The notes below the pieces were generated by a model, which was given only the letters and a program-made list of their open reading frames with translations, was not told where the DNA came from and searched no databases. Below are positions 9,197 through 17,511 of a DNA stretch of 64,000 bases, one piece after another. Numbering within the stretch: the stretch's first letter is position 1; the number at the start of each line of letters is the position of its first letter. Both the position numbers and the translations under genes were made by a program. The stretch covers positions 2,844,271 through 2,908,270 of the forward strand of contig OY729431.1 of the NCBI GenBank assembly GCA_963422395.1, written 5' to 3'. The stretch comes from Vicinamibacteria bacterium (GTDB lineage Bacteria; Acidobacteriota; Vicinamibacteria; Marinacidobacterales; Marinacidobacteraceae).

Positions 9197-10438
9197 ATGA
9201 GTCCAGCCATGTCCCGACGAGGTTTTCTGGGCGCTGCGGGAGCTTCCGCGGCTGTTTTCGCGGAGGCGAAGGCCAAAGGGTGGACCGGAGCGGAAATCGA
9301 GGCGCGCGCCGCGGCCCGCCCGGTCGCGGAGTACGGAATCTCCTTGTGGGATCTCGACACACCGGCGCTGGTCGTGGACCTCGACGCGCTCGATGCGAAC
9401 CTCGCGGCGATGGCGCGGACCACCCGCGAGAACGGCATCGCGGCACGCCCGCACGCCAAGACCCACAAGTGCCCGGCGATCGCCCGGCTGCAGCTCGAAG
9501 CAGGGGCGGTGGGTCTGTCGGTGGCGAAGGTGAGCGAAGCGCAGGCGCTCTTCGATCACGGGATCGAACCGCTGCTGATGACCACCAGCAATGTGACGCC
9601 ATTCAAGATCCGGCGGGCGATGGCGCTCCGCAAGCAGTGCCGCAGTTTCATCCAGGCCACCGACACCGAAGCCAACGCCAGAGACCTCTCGGCCGCCGCC
9701 GTGGAGGCCGGAGAGGCCGCCGAAGTGGTCGTGGATGTGGATCCCGGCGGGCACCGCACAGGCATCCCTCCGGGCGAGCCCGCGCTCCGGCTCGCCCGGC
9801 TGGTGGACCAGCTTCCCGGGCTCAAGCTGCGGGGGCTCCTCTGCTACGACGGCGGTTCGCAGCATGTGGCGGGGTTCGAGAAGCGGCAGGCGCAGACTCT
9901 CGAGCGGCTCGCCGCCGCCGCCGAAACCTGCGAGCGGATGCGCGCCGCCGGGCTCGACACCGGCATCTTCAGCGGGGGCGGAACCGGCACCTACAACATC
10001 GACCACCAGACGCCGGGGCTCACCGATGTGCAAGTCGGAAGCTATGTCTTCATGGACGCGCAGTATCTGGCCATCGGCGGCAAGACCGACCCCCAGGTCT
10101 ATTCCGATTTCACCCCCTCGCTGACCATTCTGACCACCGTCCTGAACGCCCGGTACGAGGGCCGCGCCACCACCGACGCCGGCGCCAAGGCATGCACCAT
10201 CAACAGACCGTGGGCGATCGTGAAAGGGGAGACCGGCATGCGCTACACCTCGGGATCCGACGAGTTCGGCACGATCCGCTACGAGGACCCGAGCCGCACC
10301 TATGAAGTCGGGGACAAGCTCGAGCTCATCGTCTCCCACTGCGACCCGGTGGTGAACCTCCATGACCGCATGTATGCCGTGCGCGACGGAATCGTGGAGG
10401 CCGTCTGGCCGATCGCCGCCCGCGGGTTGTCGGGTTGA
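9197..10438 (+). CDS. DSD1/D-threonine aldolase-family PLP enzyme with Tat-like signal
   Basis: LDTPALVVD, RPHAKTHK (PLP lysine), GGGTGT, SHCDPVVN; N-terminal SRRGFLG. Confidence 0.88.
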   Translation: MSPAMSRRGFLGAAGASAAVFAEAKAKGWTGAEIEARAAARPVAEYGISLWDLDTPALVVDLDALDANLAAMARTTRENGIAARPHAKTHKCPAIARLQLEAGAVGLSVAKVSEAQALFDHGIEPLLMTTSNVTPFKIRRAMALRKQCRSFIQATDTEANARDLSAAAVEAGEAAEVVVDVDPGGHRTGIPPGEPALRLARLVDQLPGLKLRGLLCYDGGSQHVAGFEKRQAQTLERLAAAAETCERMRAAGLDTGIFSGGGTGTYNIDHQTPGLTDVQVGSYVFMDAQYLAIGGKTDPQVYSDFTPSLTILTTVLNARYEGRATTDAGAKACTINRPWAIVKGETGMRYTSGSDEFGTIRYEDPSRTYEVGDKLELIVSHCDPVVNLHDRMYAVRDGIVEAVWPIAARGLSG

Positions 10439-10440
10439 TC

Positions 10441-10540
10441 CGTTCGGGGGCAGGCCGGAACGCCCTGCCCCGAACCGCCCGGCGCTGCGGCGCGCCCGAA
10501 CCGTAACCTCGGGCGCAACAGATCTTTTTACGGGCCGCGG
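10441..10540. repeat. Short two-hairpin copy of the dispersed structured repeat family
   Basis: GGAACGCCC..CCCCGAACCGCCCGGCGCT and GCGCCCGA-N9-TCGGGCGCAACA..TTTTT.CGGGCC are shared with the 294-bp unit at 14361-15323. Confidence 0.75.
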
Positions 10541-10545
10541 GCAGC

Positions 10546-11154
10546 TCAGCTTTCGAGCAGCGCGGTGATCAGCCAGGCGGCGATCGGCTTGCCGAACGCA
10601 CCCGCCGCCAACAGCAGAGCGCCCGCCGCTCCCCAGGCGAGCCGGCGGGTCCACGAACTGCGCTCCCGCAGTGCGGCGAGGGAAACCGCCAGATCGCCGA
10701 TGGCGTCCAGGAGGTGCTGGAACTTCTCATCGATTCCCTGGAACTTCTCCTCTGCCCATTTCCGGTCGGTCTCACGCGCCGCAGCCGCCTCCTGCCGGTC
10801 GGCCTCACATGCCGCGGCCGCCTCCTTCCGGTCGGTCTCACGCGCCGCGGCCGCTTCCTTCCGGTCGGCCCGCGCCTCCCCGCGGATATCCCGGATGTCC
10901 CCGCGGATCTCTCGGATGTCCCCGCGAATCCCGGCCAGCTCCCGCAGCACCGGGGCCTGATCTCCCCCGAGTCCTCCGAGAGCAGCCTGCTCCGGAGGTC
11001 GGGCAGCCGCCTCTTCGACTCCGCTCATCGGCGCCCTCCCCACATCCCGGGAGCGAGTGTAGGGGGGCGCTATCGGCTCCGCAACACCTCTCGTCGTGCC
11101 GCTCACAGCGGTCGCCGCCGCGGCCAAGCGGGTCTGCTTCGGGTTCGGGGACAT
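10546..11154 (-). CDS. Hypothetical coiled-coil protein with C-terminal membrane anchor
   Basis: Heptads IRGDIRE/IRGDIRD, 11-aa repeats DRKEAAAARET, hydrophobic C-terminus; start uncertain (11154 or 11028). Confidence 0.65.
   Translation of the reverse strand: MSPNPKQTRLAAAATAVSGTTRGVAEPIAPPYTRSRDVGRAPMSGVEEAAARPPEQAALGGLGGDQAPVLRELAGIRGDIREIRGDIRDIRGEARADRKEAAAARETDRKEAAAACEADRQEAAAARETDRKWAEEKFQGIDEKFQHLLDAIGDLAVSLAALRERSSWTRRLAWGAAGALLLAAGAFGKPIAAWLITALLES
10761..10870. repeat. Intragenic 33-bp tandem repeat (about 3.3 copies)
   Basis: Units beginning (T/G)CCGGTCGG at 10761, 10794, 10827 and 10860; 21-bp repeats adjoin at about 10879-10930. Confidence 0.9.
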
Positions 11155-11249
11155 GGGAGGGTTCTCCTTTTTCGGACCGGGGGGGCGTGCGGCGATTCGA
11201 CGCGCTCCCCATTCCTGTAGACGGAATTCCGATCGTTTTCTTCCCACGC

Positions 11250-11295
11250 TAGTCCGAGCCGGAGCTTCGGGCGCAACCGATGTTTTTCTGGCCGC
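11250..11295. repeat. Degenerate single-hairpin copy of the dispersed repeat family
   Basis: GTCCGAGCCGGAGCTTCGGGCGCAACCGATGTTTTTCTGGCC versus unit GCCCGAACCACAGCCTCGGGCGCAACAAGTGTTTTTCGGGCC. Confidence 0.6.
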
Positions 11296-11411
11296 CGACG
11301 GGAGCCGGCTCATCTCTCGGTCCAGGTGGTCTGGGGGCTGCGCCCACCGGGGGAGGGTTTTCGCCGGCTCGGGGGTCGGTAGGCTTGCCCGGTAGGGGAG
11401 TCGGGCGGACG

Positions 11412-14339
11412 GTGGAGGAGGCATCGCCGTTCCTCCGGCGGAAGTTGATCGAGGTGGCCCTGCCCCTCGACGCCATCAACGAAGCGGCGGCGCACGAGAA
11501 GATGCCGGGGATCGGAGCGCATCCCCGCGGTCTCCACCAATGGTGGGCGCGGCGCCCGCTGTCGGCCGCACGTGCCGTCCTCTTCGCCCAACTGGTGGAC
11601 GACCCGGCGGACTGGCCGGAGCGCTTCCCCACCAAAACCGAGCAGAACGCCGAGCGCGAGCGGCTGTTCGGCATCCTCCGGAAACTGGTCCAATGGAAGA
11701 ACACCACCGACGAGGGAGTGCTGGAAGCGGCGCGCGCGGAAATCCGGGAGTCCTGGCGGCGGAACCGCGCCGAGAGTGCGCAAGGGGAGGAACTGCCCCC
11801 TTTCTTCGACCCCTTCGCCGGCGGTGGGGCGATCCCCCTCGAAGCCCAGCGCCTCGGCCTCGCCGCCCGAGCCGCCGACCTCAACCCGGTGGCGGTACTC
11901 ATCACGAAGACGATGATCGAGATCCCTCCCCGCTTCGCCGGAACGCCTCCGGTGAACCCCGACTGGCAGCAGCGAAGCGGACAGCAGACCACCCCCCGAT
12001 CCTTCCCCGGCGCTTCCGGACTCGCCGCCGATGTCCGCTTCTACGGAGCCTGGATGCGCGATGAGGCCCGGCGCCGCCTCGGACACCTCTACCCCGAAGC
12101 CCGCATCTCCCCCGAACTCCTGCAGGGGCGCCCCGACCTCGCCCGCTACGCCGGAGCAACCGCGAAAGGCCCGGGAAAGGAGAGGGGAACGGAGGGCGGT
12201 CGGGAGCTGCCGGTGATCGCCTGGCTCTGGGCGCGTACGGTGAAAAGCCCCAACCCCGCCTTCGCCGAAGTCGAAGTCCCCCTCGTCTCCTCCTTCCTCC
12301 TCTCCTCGAAGAAGAAGGGGAAACAGGCCTGGGTCGAACCGGAGGTTTCCGGGCGCGAATACCGCTTCGAGGTGCGGACCGGGAGCCCGCCCGAGACGGA
12401 AACGGTGAAGCGGGGAACGAAGCTCGGGCGGGGGGCGAACTTCCGCTGCCTGGTGTCGGGGGTGCCGATCCCGCCGGAATACATCAAGGCCGAGGGGAAG
12501 GCGGGGAGGCTGGGGGTCAGACTGATGGCGGTGGTGGCGGCGGGCGACCGGGAGCGGGTGTACCTGCCGCCGACCCCGGAACACGAAGCGGCAGCGCTGC
12601 GGGCTCGCCCGGCCTGGAAACCGCATGGGGAGGTGCCGCCGAGACTCACTGGTGGGACCTGTGTTCCTTATGGCATGAAGGAGTGGGGCGATCTGTTCAC
12701 GGAGCGGCAGCTGGCGGCGCTGACCACCTTTTCGGACCTGGTGGCCGAGGCGCGGGTGCGGATGCGCGAAGACGCCCTCGCCGCCAGCCTGACCGAGGAC
12801 GGGCTCCCCTTGCGGGAGGGCGGAAGCGGCCCCCGCGCCTACGCCGACGCCGTCTCCGTCTATCTCGCCTTCGCACTGGACCGGTGCGCCGATTTCTCGA
12901 ACTCGTGTACTCGCTGGGTTCCCGGAAATCAGAAGGTCATGAATCTGTTCGGCAAGCAGGCGATCCCGATGACCTGGGATTTCCCCGAAGCGGCGATCCT
13001 CCACGACACGGTCGGCGGATTCGCGCCGGCCACCCGCTTCATCGCCGATTGCCTGGCTCTCCTCCCGAGCAAACCATCGGTCGGAACCGCGGAACAGCGC
13101 GACGCAGCAGCGCCCCCTTCGCCCGAGGACCGGATCGTTTCGACGGACCCGCCCTACTACGACAATGTGGCGTATGCCGACCTGTCGGACTTCTTCTATG
13201 TCTGGCTGCGGCGGACGCTGCGCCCGGTGTTCCCCGAGCTCTTCGCCACCCTGGCGACCCCGAAGGACGAGGAGCTGGTGGCCGCACCGCACCGGCACGG
13301 GGGGAGAACGGGGACGGAGGCATTCTTCCTGGACGGGATGCGGCGCGCCCTGGAACGCCTCGCGGAACAGGCGCACCCAGCCTTCCCGGTCACCCTCTAC
13401 TACGCCTTCAAGCAGGCGGAGACGAAGGGGGAGGGGGCAACGGTGCGGACCGGCTGGGAGACCTTCCTGGAGGCGGTGATCGGCGCCGGCTTTTCGATCA
13501 CCGGCACCTGGCCGATCCGCACCGAACAGAAACATCGGATGGTGGGGATGGGGACGAACGCGCTGGCGTCTTCGGTGGTGCTGGCCTGCCGACGGCGGCC
13601 CGCCGGGACCGCTCCGGCGACCCGGCGGCAGTTCGCGGCGGCGCTGCGCCGGGAACTGCCGGAGGCGCTCGCGCCGCTGCGGCGGGCGCACATCGCCCCG
13701 GTGGACCTGGCGCAGGCGGCGATCGGGCCGGGGATGGCGATCTTCACCCGGACCCCGCAGGTGCTGGAGGCGGGGGGGAGGCCGGTGGCGGTCGGGGAGG
13801 CGCTCGCGCAGATCAACGAGGTGCTGGGCGAGACGCTTTCGGAGCTCACGGGGGAGTACGACGCGGAGACGCGCTGGGCGGCGGAGTGGTATGAGCAGTA
13901 TGGGTTCGGAACGGGGGAGTACGGGGAAGCGGAGACGCTGTCGAAGGCGAGGAACACCAGCGTTTCGGGACTGGTGGAGGCGGGGATCGTGCGTTCGGGA
14001 GGGGGGCGGGTGCGGCTGTTGCGCCCGGAGGAGCTGGGGGAGAGTCGGGAGCGGGGGGAGGCATGGGCGCCGGAGGGGGAGGGGCGGTTGACGGGGTGGA
14101 GGGTGGCGCACGAGCTGGTGCGGGTACGGGAGCAGGGGGAGGTGGCAGCGGGCCGGCTGCTGCGTCGGCTGACGGGACGGGTGGAGGGGGTGCGGGAGCT
14201 GTTGTATGGGCTGCACGCGGCGGCGGAGCGGAGGGGTCGAGCGGGGGAGGCGTTCGCCTACGACGCGCTGGTGCGTTCCTGGCCGGAGATCGAGCGGCTG
14301 GCCCGCGAAAACCCCCGAGAACCGAAACCCCTCCTCTGA
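11412..14339 (+). CDS. DUF1156-domain adenine-specific DNA methyltransferase
   Basis: RKLIEVALPL, LHQWWARRPL, FDPFAGGGAIPLEA (SAM binding), TDPPYYD (catalytic); GTG start after GGGGAG. Confidence 0.9.
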   Translation: MEEASPFLRRKLIEVALPLDAINEAAAHEKMPGIGAHPRGLHQWWARRPLSAARAVLFAQLVDDPADWPERFPTKTEQNAERERLFGILRKLVQWKNTTDEGVLEAARAEIRESWRRNRAESAQGEELPPFFDPFAGGGAIPLEAQRLGLAARAADLNPVAVLITKTMIEIPPRFAGTPPVNPDWQQRSGQQTTPRSFPGASGLAADVRFYGAWMRDEARRRLGHLYPEARISPELLQGRPDLARYAGATAKGPGKERGTEGGRELPVIAWLWARTVKSPNPAFAEVEVPLVSSFLLSSKKKGKQAWVEPEVSGREYRFEVRTGSPPETETVKRGTKLGRGANFRCLVSGVPIPPEYIKAEGKAGRLGVRLMAVVAAGDRERVYLPPTPEHEAAALRARPAWKPHGEVPPRLTGGTCVPYGMKEWGDLFTERQLAALTTFSDLVAEARVRMREDALAASLTEDGLPLREGGSGPRAYADAVSVYLAFALDRCADFSNSCTRWVPGNQKVMNLFGKQAIPMTWDFPEAAILHDTVGGFAPATRFIADCLALLPSKPSVGTAEQRDAAAPPSPEDRIVSTDPPYYDNVAYADLSDFFYVWLRRTLRPVFPELFATLATPKDEELVAAPHRHGGRTGTEAFFLDGMRRALERLAEQAHPAFPVTLYYAFKQAETKGEGATVRTGWETFLEAVIGAGFSITGTWPIRTEQKHRMVGMGTNALASSVVLACRRRPAGTAPATRRQFAAALRRELPEALAPLRRAHIAPVDLAQAAIGPGMAIFTRTPQVLEAGGRPVAVGEALAQINEVLGETLSELTGEYDAETRWAAEWYEQYGFGTGEYGEAETLSKARNTSVSGLVEAGIVRSGGGRVRLLRPEELGESRERGEAWAPEGEGRLTGWRVAHELVRVREQGEVAAGRLLRRLTGRVEGVRELLYGLHAAAERRGRAGEAFAYDALVRSWPEIERLARENPREPKPLL

Positions 14340-14360
14340 TCCCGAGCGGTCCGGGAGCGG

Positions 14361-15323
14361 GGCGTGAAGTCGGGTCGCGTTTCGGACCTTCGTGGGAGGA
14401 GTGGAACGCCCCGCCCCCGAACCGCCCGGCGCTCCGCGCCGCGAATCGCACTCCTGCCGCACAACGAGTTCCCCACACCCCGTCGCGCCCAAGCTGAACG
14501 GGGCGGCAGCGAGTCCGATTCGAAGCCACCATCCTGTGAACGGGGGTGAAACCCCCTTTCACACTTTCCCCCGCTCCGACGCGCCCGAGCCACAGCCTCA
14601 GGCGCAACAAGTGTTTTTCGGACCACGGTCAGGAGTCGCAGCTCTCTCGGGCGGGGCGTCAAGTCGGGTCTCGTTTCGGACCTTCGTGGGAGGAGTGGAA
14701 CGCCCCGCTCCCGAACCGCCCGGCGCTCCGCGCCGCGAATCGCACTCCTGCCGCACAACGAGTTCCCCACACCCCGTCGCGTCCAAGCTGAACCGGGGCG
14801 GCAGCGAGTCCGATTCGAAGTCACCATCCTGTGAACGGGGGTAAAACCCCCTTTCACACTTTCCCCCGCTCCGACGCGCCCGAACCACAGCCTCGGGCGC
14901 AACAAGTGTTTTTCGGGCCACGGTCGGGGGTCGCCGCTCTCTCAGGAAGGCGTGAAGTCGGGTCGCGTTTCGGACCTTCGTGGGAAGAGTGGAACGCCCC
15001 CCTCCCGAACCGCCCGGCGCTCCGCGCCGCGAATCGCACTCCTGCCGCACAACGAGTTCCCCACACCCCGTCGCGTCCAAGCTGAACCGGGGCGGCAGCG
15101 AGTCCGATTCGAAGTCACCATCCTGTGAACGGGGGTAAAACCCCCTTTCACACTTTCCCCCGCTCCGACGCGCCCGAACCACAGCCTCGGGCGCAACAAG
15201 TGTTTTTCGGGCCACGGTCGGGGGTCGCCGCTCTCTCAGGAAGGCGTGAAGTCGGGTCGCGTTTCGGACCTTCGTGGGAAGAGTGGAACGCCCCCCTCCC
15301 GAACCGCCCGGCGCTCCGCGCCG
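14361..15323. repeat. Tandem array of a 294-bp hairpin-rich unit (3 full copies plus about 80 bp)
   Basis: Unit start GGCGT(G/C)AAGTCGGGTC recurs at 14361, 14655, 14949 and 15243; copies near-identical, with no unique spacers. Confidence 0.95.
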
Positions 15324-15349
15324 CCCCGATCTTTCCGCGGTACAGGCTG

Positions 15350-17461
15350 CTACGCCGGGGTGAGGCCGGCGTAACGGACCACCAGCCGGCGCCGCCCGTG
15401 GAAGCGGAAGTTGACCGACAGACGCTCGCCGTCCCGATCCACCGATTCCACGAAACCGACGCCCAACTTCGGATGACGCACGCGCTGTCCCTTCCGGAAC
15501 GCTCCGGCGGCCGCGGCCGGTTCCCCGGCGAGGGCCGGGGCATCGGCGGGCGCAGCGGCCAGCCGCTGCGAGGGAATCTCCTGGAGGAACCGCGAGGGCC
15601 GCCCCCGATCCCGGTCCCGGGCGAAGAAGACCGCTCCGGGGGCAGCGGAGAGCAGCAGCCGTTTCTTCGCCCGGGTCATCCCGACATAGAAGAGGCGTCT
15701 TTCCTCCTCGATGCCCGCCTCCGAATCGAGCGACAGCCAGTGCGGGAAGAGCCCCTCCCAAAGGCCGGCGAGGAACACCGAATCGAACTCCAGCCCCTTG
15801 GCGGCGTGGACGGTCATCACCAGCACCGGCGGCGCCGCCGTTTCGCCCTCGGAATCGGGGATCAGGTCCTCGGCAGAGAGCAGGCTCACCTGGTCGAGAA
15901 AACCGGAGACCGCTCCGCCGGAGTTCGACCGCTCGTATTCACCGGCTGCGGTACGCAGTGACGCCAGGTTCTCCAGACGCTCGCGCCCGTCCGCCTCCAG
16001 ACGGGCGCCGAGCCCGGTGTCCTCGATCGCGGATCCCACCGCGGCCTCGGGCCCTTGTGAAACCGCCCGCTCCACCCTCGCGACTCCGTCGAGAAAACCG
16101 CGAAGCCCGCTGCGGATGCTGCCGCGGAAGCTGCCGTCGCCATGCATCTTCCGCGCCGCTGCCAGCAGCGGCAGGCCGGCATCGGCGGCCCGCTCCTCGA
16201 TGCGGCGGCGGGACTGCTGGCCGAAACCCCGCGGGATCGCGCCGAGGGCGCGGAGGAACGCCGAATCGTCCCGTTCGTTCATCGCCAACCGGACGAAGGC
16301 CAGCGCGTCGAGGACTTCCCGCCGCTCGTAGAAGCGCAGACCGCCGACCACCGCGTGGGGAATCCGATGGGCGACGAAAGCTTCCTCGAAGGCCCGCGTC
16401 TGGGCACGGGTCCGGACCAGCACCGCCGTCGAGCCGCGGGCCGAGCCCTCGCGGGCGATCTCGAAGGCGGCCGCCTGTGCTTCCGGCGCCGGGGCGCGGT
16501 AGGTGCGCAAGTGCACCGGCTCTCCCTTTGCACCCGTCGGCCGCAACTGCTTGCCCTCACGCCTCCGGTTCTGGCGGATCAGCGCGTTCGAGGCCTCGAG
16601 AATGGCTGCCGTGGAGCGGTAGTTGTCCTCGAGCCGGAACACCCGAGCCCCGGGAAAGTCGTCGCGGAACGAGAGCATGTTCCGGAAATCCGCGCCCCGG
16701 AAGGAGTAGATGGACTGGTCGTCGTCGCCGACCGCGAAGACATCCCGGTGGGGAGCGAGGCGGCGCAGCAGACGGAGCTGGATCGGGCTGGTGTCCTGGT
16801 ATTCGTCCACCAGCAGGTGGCGCACCCGCCGGTCGACGAAGGAGCGGGCCTTTTCGGAAGCTCCGAGCAATTCGAAGGCGCGGATCTGGAGATCGTCGAG
16901 GTCCACCGCGCTCTGCCGGTCGAGCTCGATCTGGTAGCGGCGGGCGACCTCGCGTCCCATCCCGCGGAACGACGGGTCCTCCGGCCGCCGAAAGGCGCTT
17001 CCCCCCGCTTCGGCGTTTTTGAGCCGCGAGACCTGTCCTGCCAGCCGGCGCAGCAGGCGCTGCTCCAATTCGATCTCCCGCTCGCGGGCGATCTCGCGGG
17101 CGATCTTGGCGACGAGCGCCCGACTTTCGTCGGCGCCGAACACCGGGAAGCCGGCAGACAATCCGATGTCGCTGCCGAAACGCCGCAGGAGTGCGAGACC
17201 GAACGCGTGAAAGGTGGAAAGCCAGAGCCCCGGCACCCCGACGCCGGCGGCGGTACTCAGCTGCTCGACCCGCGTGCGCATCTCTTTCGCCGCCTTGTTC
17301 GTGAAGGTGACGGCGAGGATGGAATTCGGCGGCGCGCCGTGCTCGACGATCCTCCAGGCGATCCGGTGGGTGATCACCCGCGTCTTTCCCGACCCGGCGC
17401 CGGCGAAGACCAGCGTAGGACCGCCCGGACAGCGAACCGCCTCGCGCTGCGATGGGTTCAT
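15350..17461 (-). CDS. pcrA: UvrD/PcrA family ATP-dependent DNA helicase
   Basis: AGAGSGKT, VTFTNKAA, LVDEYQD, VGDDDQSIYSFRGA, TVHAAKGLEF, EEERRLFYVGMTRA, C-terminal Tudor-like VRHPKLG. Confidence 0.95.
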   Translation of the reverse strand: MNPSQREAVRCPGGPTLVFAGAGSGKTRVITHRIAWRIVEHGAPPNSILAVTFTNKAAKEMRTRVEQLSTAAGVGVPGLWLSTFHAFGLALLRRFGSDIGLSAGFPVFGADESRALVAKIAREIAREREIELEQRLLRRLAGQVSRLKNAEAGGSAFRRPEDPSFRGMGREVARRYQIELDRQSAVDLDDLQIRAFELLGASEKARSFVDRRVRHLLVDEYQDTSPIQLRLLRRLAPHRDVFAVGDDDQSIYSFRGADFRNMLSFRDDFPGARVFRLEDNYRSTAAILEASNALIRQNRRREGKQLRPTGAKGEPVHLRTYRAPAPEAQAAAFEIAREGSARGSTAVLVRTRAQTRAFEEAFVAHRIPHAVVGGLRFYERREVLDALAFVRLAMNERDDSAFLRALGAIPRGFGQQSRRRIEERAADAGLPLLAAARKMHGDGSFRGSIRSGLRGFLDGVARVERAVSQGPEAAVGSAIEDTGLGARLEADGRERLENLASLRTAAGEYERSNSGGAVSGFLDQVSLLSAEDLIPDSEGETAAPPVLVMTVHAAKGLEFDSVFLAGLWEGLFPHWLSLDSEAGIEEERRLFYVGMTRAKKRLLLSAAPGAVFFARDRDRGRPSRFLQEIPSQRLAAAPADAPALAGEPAAAAGAFRKGQRVRHPKLGVGFVESVDRDGERLSVNFRFHGRRRLVVRYAGLTPA

Positions 17462-17511
17462 GCCGTCGAGGACGGAATGCGACTCCCGGCCTGCGGACGA
17501 AGAACGATCGG

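Noticed and set aside
14361-15323. CRISPR array
   Set aside because: Units are 294 bp and near-identical end to end, with no unique spacers and no cas genes in the window.
13846-15761. ORFs across the tandem array (e.g. 14598-15761 and 14258-14905, minus strand)
   Set aside because: No recognisable domains, indels between copies shift frames, and they overlap real genes; open frames are expected in GC-rich DNA with a period divisible by 3.
11412-17461. Methyltransferase plus UvrD helicase as one defence system
   Set aside because: The genes are convergent, and the helicase is a canonical PcrA/UvrD in an operon with glmU and rsmI.
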